A DNA stretch of 56,354 nucleotides. Source: Girardia tigrina (taxonomy: Eukaryota). Positions 26,201 through 38,200 of this stretch are shown piece by piece. The translations under genes and the position numbers were made by a program. The stretch is from assembly GCA_001938485.1 (NCBI GenBank), contig MQRK01237215.1, positions 1 to 56,354 on the forward strand, written 5' to 3'. Below the pieces are notes generated by a model. It was given only the letters and a program-made list of their open reading frames with translations, had not been told where the DNA came from and made no database searches. Position 1 is the stretch's first letter; each line of letters begins with the position of its first letter.

Positions 26201-29200
26201 ATAGAATGTCATAACAAAACACTTTGTTTCAAACTATTTATTATATTTTCTAGTAAACGAACGAGATGTCGGTTTTAATAATTTTTTTAATGGAAAGAAA
26301 TCGGAAGTCTTCCTGTTTTTGTCACAGGTATTTTAAATCCCCACAAAAATTTTGATTAAAACAAATTACGTCATTATTTTATAAAATTTACTTTCATGAA
26401 TATGATCAGATTTAATTTTTGTTAAATCTAATCAGATCAAATTACCCCCTTTTACTTAAACTTAATTATTTACAGAGACAACATACAAAACATCACACCA
26501 ACAACCGATCAATCACCGTATAAATCCAATTTACCAACCGACCAAAGAAAAACAATCAAAAAATTAAAATAGAATTAAACTGACCTTCCATTTTTATTGA
26601 AATCGAATGATTTAATAAGATTTGATGCCTCGATTTTGGATAAATGAGGAAAATATTTGAGAATAAATGCCTGAATTTATAAACAAACTTTATTGTAAAA
26701 TATCTAAAAAAGTAGAGGATGCCCCAAAAGTCACTTTAATATTTCACTTAACTATTGGTAAGAACATGAAGACTATTATCATTTTAATATTTATTACTAT
26801 CACATTTAGAGTCATTGCAACTCTCGGACGATCGTTCACCGTTTGACATCGTTATAATTGGTTTTTTTATTTTTAATCATTATTATTTGAAAAGTTTTTC
26901 TAAATCTTTTTAATTTTAAAAAATATTTATTAAAATTAATAATTTTAACCATTTCTTTATAAAAACTCAAAATACTAAATATGTTATCAAATTGTGAAAA
27001 ATAAATTTAAATTTAAATTTTATCAGTTTTATTTATATCTGTTTAAATGCTTTTCTTTTTTTATAAAAAAAATATTAAACTTGATTTTAATTGTTAATTT
27101 TAGAAATTTAAATATCAAATTATTATCAATTTGTTATTATTATTTTATTTATGTTCGATTATTCAATCACTGTAAATACAAAAATACCAATTTCCATCTG
27201 GTTGGGAGAATCACCATTTTAATTTCAAAATACTCGAAGCCACATAAAGCATCAATACATTCACACATTATAAAACACATATAAAACAAATTATTAAGAT
27301 TATTTATAAAATGTTTTCATTCGATAGGTCAACTATTGCAATTGTATTGACTTGTGTTTTACTCGGTTAATTATTATTGTTTTGTAAGTGGTATAGTGCA
27401 TTTAAATTTTCAACAGTTATTAAATCTTATAATCTAGTAAGACGTGAATTGCAGAAAATTGGTTGGAAAGCTATCACATCTTATCAAAAAGTGTTGTGTC
27501 CACGTTATTGCCAGTGTTGTATTCACGTTTATTGGAGTGTCGTACGATGACGCCCCAGCAGAGATGGTACAACGGATTTAAATCAGGGCTGTGGGTAGTT
27601 ACAATTCCTTAGGACAAAACACATGCAGTTCTTTTTTGTATCAGTTCTGCACAATTCGTATGTTATGTACCGGTGTGTCGTCCTTCTGGAACACGTATGA
27701 GTGGTCAGCGCTGAACGCTGACATTCACTTCTTCCCAACTTTTCCTAAGATATCAAAGTCAACCGCTGAATAAGCCGTCAGCCCCTTGATGATTAAGTCC
27801 GCCACCATAAGATCACCTTTGCTAAAACGACGAGGAAAATATGAACAGACGCCGTCTGCTTGGTCATACAGACAAAGGACATGTCTTCTGGGTCCTTGGC
27901 CGAATTTTGATATTTCTGTCGGTTGTCTTTGCGTCGACAGTGAAAATGTATTCATCGTTAAAAATTGGAGATGGTCAGTCGTCTCGTGCTTCATGGACAG
28001 CATCAGCTGGATGCACTTCGCCAGTCGTTGCTCTTCAGTGACATCTGGTAGCAGCTGGTGGATCTTCAGAACGTATAAGTGATAGTGCAGATCATGATTA
28101 ATTGCACTATGGGCGCCAACCTGCAGTCGAGCTGTAAGATCATGCATCCACTCTGACAGCTCATAGTTGATAATTTGTTGCAACTGCTCGAGGAAGATCG
28201 CAATTAATCGTGCTTTCCTGTGGTGCTCGGTGAAAAAATCAATTTAAGAATCCTGCAAAAAATATTATATCAAACAAGTATTTTCATATAAAAATTTTTT
28301 TACAATTTTGCCTTCATTTTCCATGGTGTTTGCAAATGATTTTGGTGTATATAGACAATATTTTTTTATTTTTATTTCACTGAATTTTAATCAATTTCAT
28401 TTTTGAAAAATTATTTTGTGCATTTTCCTTCGATTGGTAATTCGTTCATTTTCATGTTTTGCATCAAGATAACAAGAAAGAAAGATCATTTGTTTGCAAA
28501 GGGAGATGAAGGCAAAAAAAAAGTATAAAATAAAATAGCACTTGTTTAAATAAACTGTACAACTGTGAGTGACTTTTTAAAAACAACGTTCGTGTAAACC
28601 AGGGCTTCCCAATCTTTTTCCACTGTGGATTCCCAAACAAAACTTTTTTCCGCTGTGCACCTCCAAACAAAAATTTTTTTGCTATGGACCCCCGGCGTTG
28701 ATTTTGGTAAGATTTTTAGTGTTTATGCATTTAATTTCTAAAAATAAAAAAAAACTTTATTCATTTTTATTAAGCACATTAAATCAACAAAAAATTTTAT
28801 TCGAATTGAACAAGCTGTCTTTTATAGACAAAAGTATTAGTGAGAGCCTTGAGCAGAAATCCATGGTTGCAATTTCCTTAGACGGAGCCTCATCTCTGCA
28901 TTATCATTCAAGTGCAATCTCCTTCGTGGTTTTGCGAATGAATAAAATGTTTTAAATCATTGACTTTTTGAATTCCTGAATTTTCAAATAACACTTTTTA
29001 TAAATGTAATTCATAATTTTGCTGTGGACCCCCTTAATCATGTTGTGAACCCCTGGGGGTCCATATGGACCCCGTTGGGAAGCCCTGGTGTAAACATTGA
29101 CTGATAAATGCTAGAATATGTGTTCGATTTCCAAATGTGAAATTTCGCTGTACTTATAAATAAATTTTTGTTGCTGATTCTGTATCTTTGTTTTTAATAT

Positions 29201-32200
29201 AGACGTAAATGTTTTGCTCTCTCGTTCCACAGCGGTATTCGATCGAAATCAGCCGAGTCACCGGTCGACCGCGGTACGCGTGCAGGTAATATGGCTGACA
29301 ACGATCAATTATTATAATGCCATTCAAGAACGTGAGTTTTTTATAGAAGGTACTTTTATTTCGACATACATCAGAAAGGGCTGTATATCACGCGAAAAAC
29401 CGCTGATCACCTACCCACGAGTCGGTACGAGACCGGATTCCTCTCGACCTCGAGGTATTGAGCATCTTACTATTCCCGTTGATCCAGTCCAGGGGGGCGA
29501 CATGATTCTCCTTGCGTCCCCGTCTTATCCACGTCCCGTTGAACCTCCGCTGTTTTCCGGACGCTGTCTGATCTTGAAACAACAATTTTGGAAGAATCTC
29601 TTGATCTTGTGGAAGAGCCACAAGAGGTTTACTCACGCGGCTCAACACTTCCTATTTGCCCGAAATTGCTCCGCGGTCCAGTACATGTTTGCTGAAGTTA
29701 ATTAATGCAGTTTGATGAAGTTAATTAATTCTTAGGCGTGTGCCCGGTGCGAAGACAAACTAAAATGATGGCGTGACGCGACTGCTCAGTTGACATTGGT
29801 CAAAATGTTTCATTGAAAATGATTCTGTGGTATCATTCAAAGTTTACCTAAAATGTTACTCCGATTGCTTAAAAAATTATGGCTTTTACAAAAATTCAAA
29901 ATCTGTCTCAATTTAAACGGAAAACCTTGATTTGCAAAGTCACGGCATCATTTAGTTTAAGATTTCTTTTTTAGAGATTATTTAAAAAATATTTATGCAG
30001 AAAAGATAAACTTCTTGTCACAACTCAGAGATCTAATTTGCGAGAAAAACAATGATTCCGACTGTAATGGGAAAATAGGATGCTGAATCATTTCGTGAAC
30101 GTTTACATAAAAATACGGTGAAATAAACGTAGACTCGTTAAAAAAATTGATTTTCTATGTGTCTTTTCCTTAAATAAATTTTTTTAAAAAATTTGTGTGT
30201 TCATAAAATTTGTTCATAAAAAATTGATGCCAACGTTGGTGCTAATGGGAACCCATTGCGACTCAATCCTTCGTTAAAAAGATAATTTAAGAAAATTTAA
30301 ATTTGAAACTTCGGGAAGCCGTCACCGATGGGAAGAGAATTCAAAATGTATCGACACGCCGACCGGTGGCCATCGCACCTACTCAACCGACCGCTCGACT
30401 TCCTTGCCCGACAACTTTCCGCATGATAAAGAGATGTTGGCCACCATCGTTCGGCCCGGGAACCAGCACCTCAACCATAAACAATAGTCTTTGGATACAA
30501 TAAGATAATATTTAACATGATCTATGGAAATATAACTTATTTTTCAATCCTAATTTCTTGCTTTCTACAAAAAAAATACTAGCAGTTATAACGAATAACC
30601 ATTTACAGTCCAATTTAATGTCCATACTTAGCTGTTCCTAGGTCCAATTTAGCGTTGATCTTGCCAAGAAAGAACCAAAATACTTTCCGAATGCACGAAT
30701 GCATTTACTGCATTTGGTTTCCAACGTAGGTTTGGTTTCGAAATTGTAATCTGTCATCTCAGCGATGATAAAGGACTCCAAAGGTCTATTGTGACCCCTA
30801 GTGATCATTAATCATATTGCAATAAATCAACTAAATATATAATATATTTGTTTTAAAAGTTTGTTTGTTAGTTTGTCGGTTACGTTATGATCAAAATGCA
30901 AAATTTCGGAGGCACCGGAGCCAATCCACAAAAGGACGTGATCAATTTTGATAGTCCGCATGGAGACGGTTCTGTTAGTGTAGTGCCTAAGTCGAAAGAC
31001 AACAGGAAGCCGACAAAATGCATCCACTGTTGATCAACACCGAATTCGAAACAATAAATAATAAATTATTATAATTACGATTTAAAAGTTCAAACAGAAA
31101 CTTTCAAAAACGAAAAATCAGCTCACCCGTCCTATATGAGGGGTATTTTTCTAGTATTTAAGATAGTTAATAATATTTTAAACTAATCTTCAATATCGGA
31201 GCTTCAAGTCTATTTTTATTTTCCAATTATTATTATTACTAATATTATTAAATTTTTTCATCAATAAACCACTTTTTTACAATTATCGATGTAATAGGAT
31301 TTAATAATTAAAATTATATCCTCTTTTATTCACAAAACAATAAATTTAAGAGACAAAATTCTGAAACAAATCTCACATAAATATTTGATAAGCGTTATGT
31401 GCACTCAAAACTCTTCAATCATTTTTCAGTAAGTAAATACTCTAACTTAAACTAGAATTATATATATAAAAGCCCAGAGTTTCATCTGCGTAACGCTCAA
31501 TGTTTGCTGTGATCAAATTTTTTTCTTGCCTTTGCATGGCTTAATTTTTAAATTTTTTAATCAATGCATATTAACTCCTGCTAATATGAAATTACAAGCC
31601 AAAAATAAGCAGCGTCTGCGGAACTGCTATTTATATGAATAATATGATAGAACGATTGCAGACTTTTAAAATAACGGATAACATCAAATAGTCGGTGGAC
31701 ATGAAATAGTAGGTGTAATGAAGTTTTCAAAAAATTTTCCACCTACTATTAAAATAGTAGGTGGAATCAAATAGTAGGTGTATCGTTTTTAAAGCATGAA
31801 ACATGATGTGTANNNNNNNNNNNNNNNNNNNNNNNNNNNNNNNNNNNNNNNNNNNNNNNNNNNNNNNNNNNNNNNNNNNNNNNNNNNNNNNNNNNNNNNN
31901 NNNNNNNNNNNNNNNNNNNNNNNNNNNNNNNNNNNNNNNNNNNNNNNNNNNNNNNNNNNNNNNNNNNNCAAAACAAAAGCACCAAATAGTAGGTGTAAAC
32001 CAATATTGGGCGCCTTTTCAATTTTTTTTCCACCTACTATTAAAATAGTAGGTGTCCTACTATTTCATGTTATCCGTTAGTATTTAACACATGCATATAA
32101 CCTATATTTAGTTTAGAATAATTATGATTTTAAAATTAAAGCGGAAACTTTCAAAGAAGAAAATTCAGCCCTTCTGTCATATATGACTGGTCTTTTTCTA

Positions 32201-35200
32201 GTAAATATAATATTAGTTAATTTATTTTGATTTATTGTGATATATTGGCCAGTTTACCTTTCTTGTTTCAATTTACGTGTTAGAAAGTTGGAAAAATACT
32301 TTGGACCACAATAGCGGGCTTACAACCAACTGAAGAATATATTCGACTTCAATGTTATTTTCTTCAATTAGAATTAAAATTAAATGCGACCGTCCCAATC
32401 GAAAACATTAACGATACATATATTAAACTATATATATGGCCGTTTTATTGGTTTAAAACATTTACGAACGGTGACTTTGAATTGAACAACGATGAAAGAA
32501 TCGGTAAGTCACACTAAGTTGATAAAGGTGGCTTGAAACATCAGGTACATAGTTATCATAATTAGATCCAGAAGATGAATTTAAGATATGTTTGGATGTA
32601 ACCTTTGTCACATGTTAATAAGGAAAAGGGACATGATATCTTATGTTACCAATTAGCAGATGTAGAAATAATCCGCTTCTTAACAGAAATATCAAAGGAG
32701 ATGAAAAATGGATTTAGTACACCAATTTAAAACGTTCTAAAAAATCTCTCCCAATCAAGCTAGAATGTCAAACAGGAGTTAACAATACAAATAGTTTTGT
32801 CTATTTTATTGGGATTCAACTCAAGTAGTTCATTTTGAATTCTTAGAACCCGGTCAAATCATCAACACTTAACTTTCTTGTTAACAGTTTGATCAACTAC
32901 AAGTCGAATTAACCAAAAACGTAAAGACTGTTCAACAAAGACCTAAGTTATTTTACAGCGTGATAATGTCAAAAAAGATCACAAGAAAAAAATCAGCGGC
33001 TAGGATGGATAAGTTATACTGCACCATCCTTCTGTCCACAACGCAGCGCCTTCCAACTACTACCTCTTAAGGTCATTCGAGGATTTTAGATATGAAAATT
33101 TGGAAAACAAAAAGGAAGTCGAGGCTTTTAATGATTTTTTAAAGATTTAAAATTTGTCAAACTTTAGAAAAAAGTTGTGTATAATTTTGTGATTGATTAG
33201 ATAAATGATAAAGACAGTAAAATTATTCTACGATACTTTCATTAAAAAGTATTGATTGCTTTACTTCGTCCCAGCAATAATTTAACCCGTTAACCTCATA
33301 CTACCGGCCGGAGCGGCCGTGTCCACTTTTATCTATCTATATCTTTTCCTAGAATTTAAGTAAAAAATTTAATTTTTAATGAAAAATATTATTATTGATA
33401 ATTTTATTCAATTTAACTATGAGGCGAAGGATAACTGACAAAACAGTAGTATGAGGTTAACGGTTAATTTATAAAATTTTGTAAAGAAAATAAATTTTAC
33501 AAATACTTTTTTAAATACTTACATTCATTTGATAATTTTCAATAGTTGTCGATCCAATAATGTCTATGTTAATGAAGTAAGACTTAATGTCTTCCCAATA
33601 TTGGTGGATGATCGGCTTCATTTTTTCCAATATTTCCTTAACGTCGATCTTGATCGGTTCAATTGTATTGGGATTTAAAGATAAACTGATTTTATTTTTT
33701 ATATTTTCTTTTTCTTTTTGCTTTTCTAATTTTTGGTTGGCTTTAAATGTTTTCAAAATTTCTATGTTCTTATCAAAATATTCTAAAATAACAATTAATT
33801 TAAATATTTTTTTTTCAAAATAGATTTACGAATGATTATGAGACAACTGTTCGGAAACAAGTTTAAAATAAATATAATGTCACCAAAAGGTTTTAAATTT
33901 CCATTATTTATTAATTAATTATAAATTTTCAACTGAGACTATTTGTTCCTTTGGACTGCTCATTAAATCATGAAATATTAATTAATAATAGAATAATTAA
34001 AAAAATAATTTATGGGCAATAGTAAGACTTATTTAAAATAGTAAAAGTATAAATTAGAATATTAATTAATTATTAAAAAAGATTTATACTTAATATAGAC
34101 AAAACTTAAAGACAAATTTTTGATTAAAAAGATTTATTTTAATTTTTATTAAGACTAATAATATATACAAAAAATGATAAAGAAGTATAAAAATTAACTA
34201 AAAAATATTTTTATCGATATTTAAATTTAGAACAAAGTCGACCATTATCATAAATATGACCCGAATAAATTATTATTTTAATTAATTTAAGTTAATTAAA
34301 TATTTATGCAACATATGCGAGATGTACCCAACACTCGATAAATGCATTCAAGGTATTTTATAACAAATCTGGGGATGCAACAGCTAAATAGTGATATATG
34401 AGCAGCGATGGCCGTCTGCTTCACTCAATTGATACGGAACCTCCTTCAAAAGCCTGCATACTTTCCCATGGCATGAAGACAATTTCTAATTCACTTGTAG
34501 TCAACATTTAACTTTTTGGTAAGTTACTGTGTTTACTGATACAGATTAGAGATAGGCATTCATCCCTAAAAGTCTCTAAGCCCGACCCGAATTTTCATGA
34601 GTCAAACCCGAACCAGACCCGACCCTACCCGAAATAACAAGTCACTAACCCACCCGAACTTGACTAGATATCAGATTTGGTTCGGATTCGGGTCACAATT
34701 GCCCATCTCTAATGCAAATCGCTTTTGATGGTAACCTTAACCCATTAATGCCGAGAATTATTGATGATTATGATGCCATGTTACATACACTTCTTTCTTG
34801 GTCAAGGTCAGCCGGCTACTGCGCATGCATGCCTGGTGACAGAGAAACAAAACATGTTCCATATGTGTTCTGAACCTTCAGAGTACACACCTTATCAACG
34901 AAACATAGCTAAATGCAATGTCTTTACTTTTACAGCCATTTTTATTAGCTGGGCACGAATGTTCCCGTTCGGCGTTAATGGGTTAAGAGATTCTTCAAGA
35001 ACTATATAAGTTTCGTCTATCTTTCCAATTAAAAGATATTACATATACTGAACTCTTAGTTTGTAAAATCCCAATTATAATCTTTCATCAAGATTTAGAT
35101 AGAATTTTGATTTTTTTTTCGAAGAATACAATAGGAAATAGTATTTTTCTCATTTACCAGAACTGAGATACTGAACCTGTATATCAGTTATCAAAAAATG

Positions 35201-38200
35201 GCTTGTGTCCCATATCTAAATGTCTAACAAATAACAAAGTTATTAGCACAGATTTGGTCATTCATATTTGAGGATCTAAACGATCGTCGAGTCAGTAAAG
35301 ATAATATAATTAAATACAAATCTTGAAGAACAATCAAACAAAAGAAAAAGCCTTTTGCCTAATCTACTTTTTTTCGAAGGTCTAAATTGTTTGAACATAA
35401 CTATTCCCTTGAAAGCACAAGTCTTTCGGCAATACATAAGTTTTAGAAGGGATAAGTTGTGAATTTAAACGTTCTTTTAATATGTTGTAAAACTGGTCCA
35501 CACTTTTATAACTTGTTATTTGTCGATTTCCTATAATAATTAAAATGGAGTCATTTATAACAACCCAAATTAACCCTGAAATCTATTTCGATCAAAATTT
35601 GAGCAAAAATGGGCTTCCAAAATGTCATCACTTGGCAAATAATCTCTTATCTCATTCTTCCGAAGTATTCCAGTCATAATTATCAACTGAAAGATAAAAA
35701 ATGAATCACCATGATTTATATTTTTACTGTTCTCGTTGACCGATTGAATTTTGTCACTGGCTTAGATTGGTTTCCGTCACTATTATGTTGACAAAATCCT
35801 CTTGAAAGAAATATTCAAAATACTAAAACGGTATCATATTTTCATGTTGGCAAGCAAAAATCATCCTTGTCCGGTGAAATTATGAATAAGACAATAAGTC
35901 CTGATCAATGAATTCCTCCTCAACCAACCCTATGTCATCGTTAAGTCTATCCCATTCATCGCTTGAATCGATGTCAGGACCTTCGTTTGTATAATTTTAT
36001 ATAAAATCGTCTATTTTTAGGTTGAATTCTTCAAAAAACTCGAGAAATACACTGCGACGTAGCATTCCCTCGGGATGCAGACAGGAAACGGTCTTTTTGG
36101 CTCCGATTTTTTGGAATTTCTTTTCAAGAATTTAAAGAAAATATTTTTAGCGCAGATTTTTATTTATAATCTGAATCATTGATTCAGTACTCTTACGAGC
36201 ACCTTGTGCTGTTTGCGAAATGTTTGCAATGTAGCAATTTATGATTGCCGATGGATCGTGATTAAAACACATGATAAAAGCAAACAAAATTATATTTGTG
36301 AATAAATTGAAATAAAATTGCCAAGTTATTAAAATCAAAACTTGAAAGCCAATTGAAAACGTATATTAATTTCGATGGTTTAACCGTCATCGTCAGAACA
36401 AATTATTTTTCAAACGAAATTTACTTATATACTACAGTTAATGATTACACAATCAATACGTAATCAGTACATCATTTAAAAACTCTCAACAAAGTTGTAG
36501 AGAGTGCAGTTTGAACGTTAATTTTAGGATCCAAAGATCTTATATATAACGCTTCACATGTCACTCTCTCCCAATAATTTTTAAATTGAGTGCACAGAAT
36601 TTTAAAGTGTTGTGAAGTTATATCTCCTTTACAATGTCTTCTATGTCATGCAATGTTACTTCCACCTTCATTGCGACTGTGTTCCTGGATTCTCTTACAG
36701 AGATAACGTGAAGTCTCTCCAATGTATGTGGCGTTACACCCATTACATGTATATTGGTAAATGAAATTCGAACACAATCCCAATGGCGTTGGAGATTTAT
36801 TGCCGAACATGCTTTCAATTTTCTGGGTATGGGATATTACTTTTAAACTTATTGCATTATCTAACGTTTTCAAAATAGAATTTTTAAATATTTTAAACCC
36901 CTCTGAATATGGCATAGTTAACACATAACCAATTCCCAAACTTTTATCATTAGTGTTGCAAGATTGCTCTTGATCTTGAACATCTAAAATTTTAGCATTA
37001 CTTTTTTTGTCAATTAATTTATCAATAGTTTCCTTTGTTAATTTCTCTACTATCGATTTTGAATATCCGTTATCCTATAATAATTTGTTTAATTTATTAA
37101 GACTGTCATTACATCCTTTATATGTAGATGAAAGAGCCCATGAGCGAAAAATAAGACCTTTAATCATATTTCGACGATATTTGGGTTCACTATTTTATTT
37201 ACATAAATAAAACCAAAGGATTTTATTTATCTAATTAAGCACGTGATGAAATCGTGATTGACTGCCACTGATTGGTTGATATTTTTGTCCTATAATTATA
37301 TAGCACATGACATATTTCATTATTTATTTCTCTTTAGAAAATGGCTCCATTATTGACCGATTTTCAACGCAGTGTTATTTCTCTTTTTAAGAAGGAGCAT
37401 TTTACTTGGGGATTACAAAAGTACACCGAAGTTCTTTCTCAGTTTTTCGCTGATATTACTGAAAATCACTTTTATGCTGTGTGTAATAAACTGAAGAATA
37501 TTGGTGTGGCCGCTACCCATAAAAGGAAAAGATAGAAAACGATATTACCACGGTTGATGAACTGAAAAGTGCTTTACTACTCGCATGGTAGAACATCAAC
37601 ATGGAAGTCATGCTCAAGGGCACAGAATACTAGATTCCACGTCTTCGAAAGTGTTGCAACAATGACTGAGGACATTTTGAACACCTCTGAACAGCAAGTT
37701 TATTTATATAAATATATTTGTTTGCCTTTATCCCGTGTTTAATCTTACTTTAGTTTCAAAAAATCCTTTGGTTTTCTACATAGCACATTGTAGATCATAA
37801 ATTACAACTATCTGGATTTATAAATTCATCTCGTCTTGAGTGTGAAGGTTAAATGAAGCTTCTATAGACTCTATCGTAAAGAACTTTTGAAGAAGCCTGT
37901 TTCTCAATGAAATCCTGTTAAACATTTGGGAAGTTAGAAGTCGAGCGTTACAATTTTCGAAGAATAATATGGTTAAAATAATATTTTCACAGGCAATAAA
38001 AGATGCTTAAAATGATTTTTGTTTGCAACATTTGTCTTATCTCTTTTTATCAAGGCCATGAAGTCTTTCTCTCAAAAAAGACTACAATTTTTGATGTAAA
38101 GATCTTTCATGGTCATAATGCTTTGACATAGCGGTTCAAACATGTGCCATTAAACACTGACCATGTAATCCTTCTTTGATCTCACTTTATATGATGTCAA

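Noticed and set aside
30896-31033. Short ORF ending KCIHC, possible gag zinc-knuckle fragment
   Set aside because: Only half a motif and no supporting LTR or pol context.
31690-32060. Short AAATAGTAGGTG repeats as a CRISPR-like array
   Set aside because: 12-bp repeats in both orientations inside a eukaryotic MITE; no regular spacers or cas genes.
33830-33846. 17-nt candidate exon (acag|...|GTAAAT) 47 nt upstream of exon 33782
   Set aside because: Phase-incompatible with the upstream phase-1 donors (gives a stop) unless another unseen exon exists.
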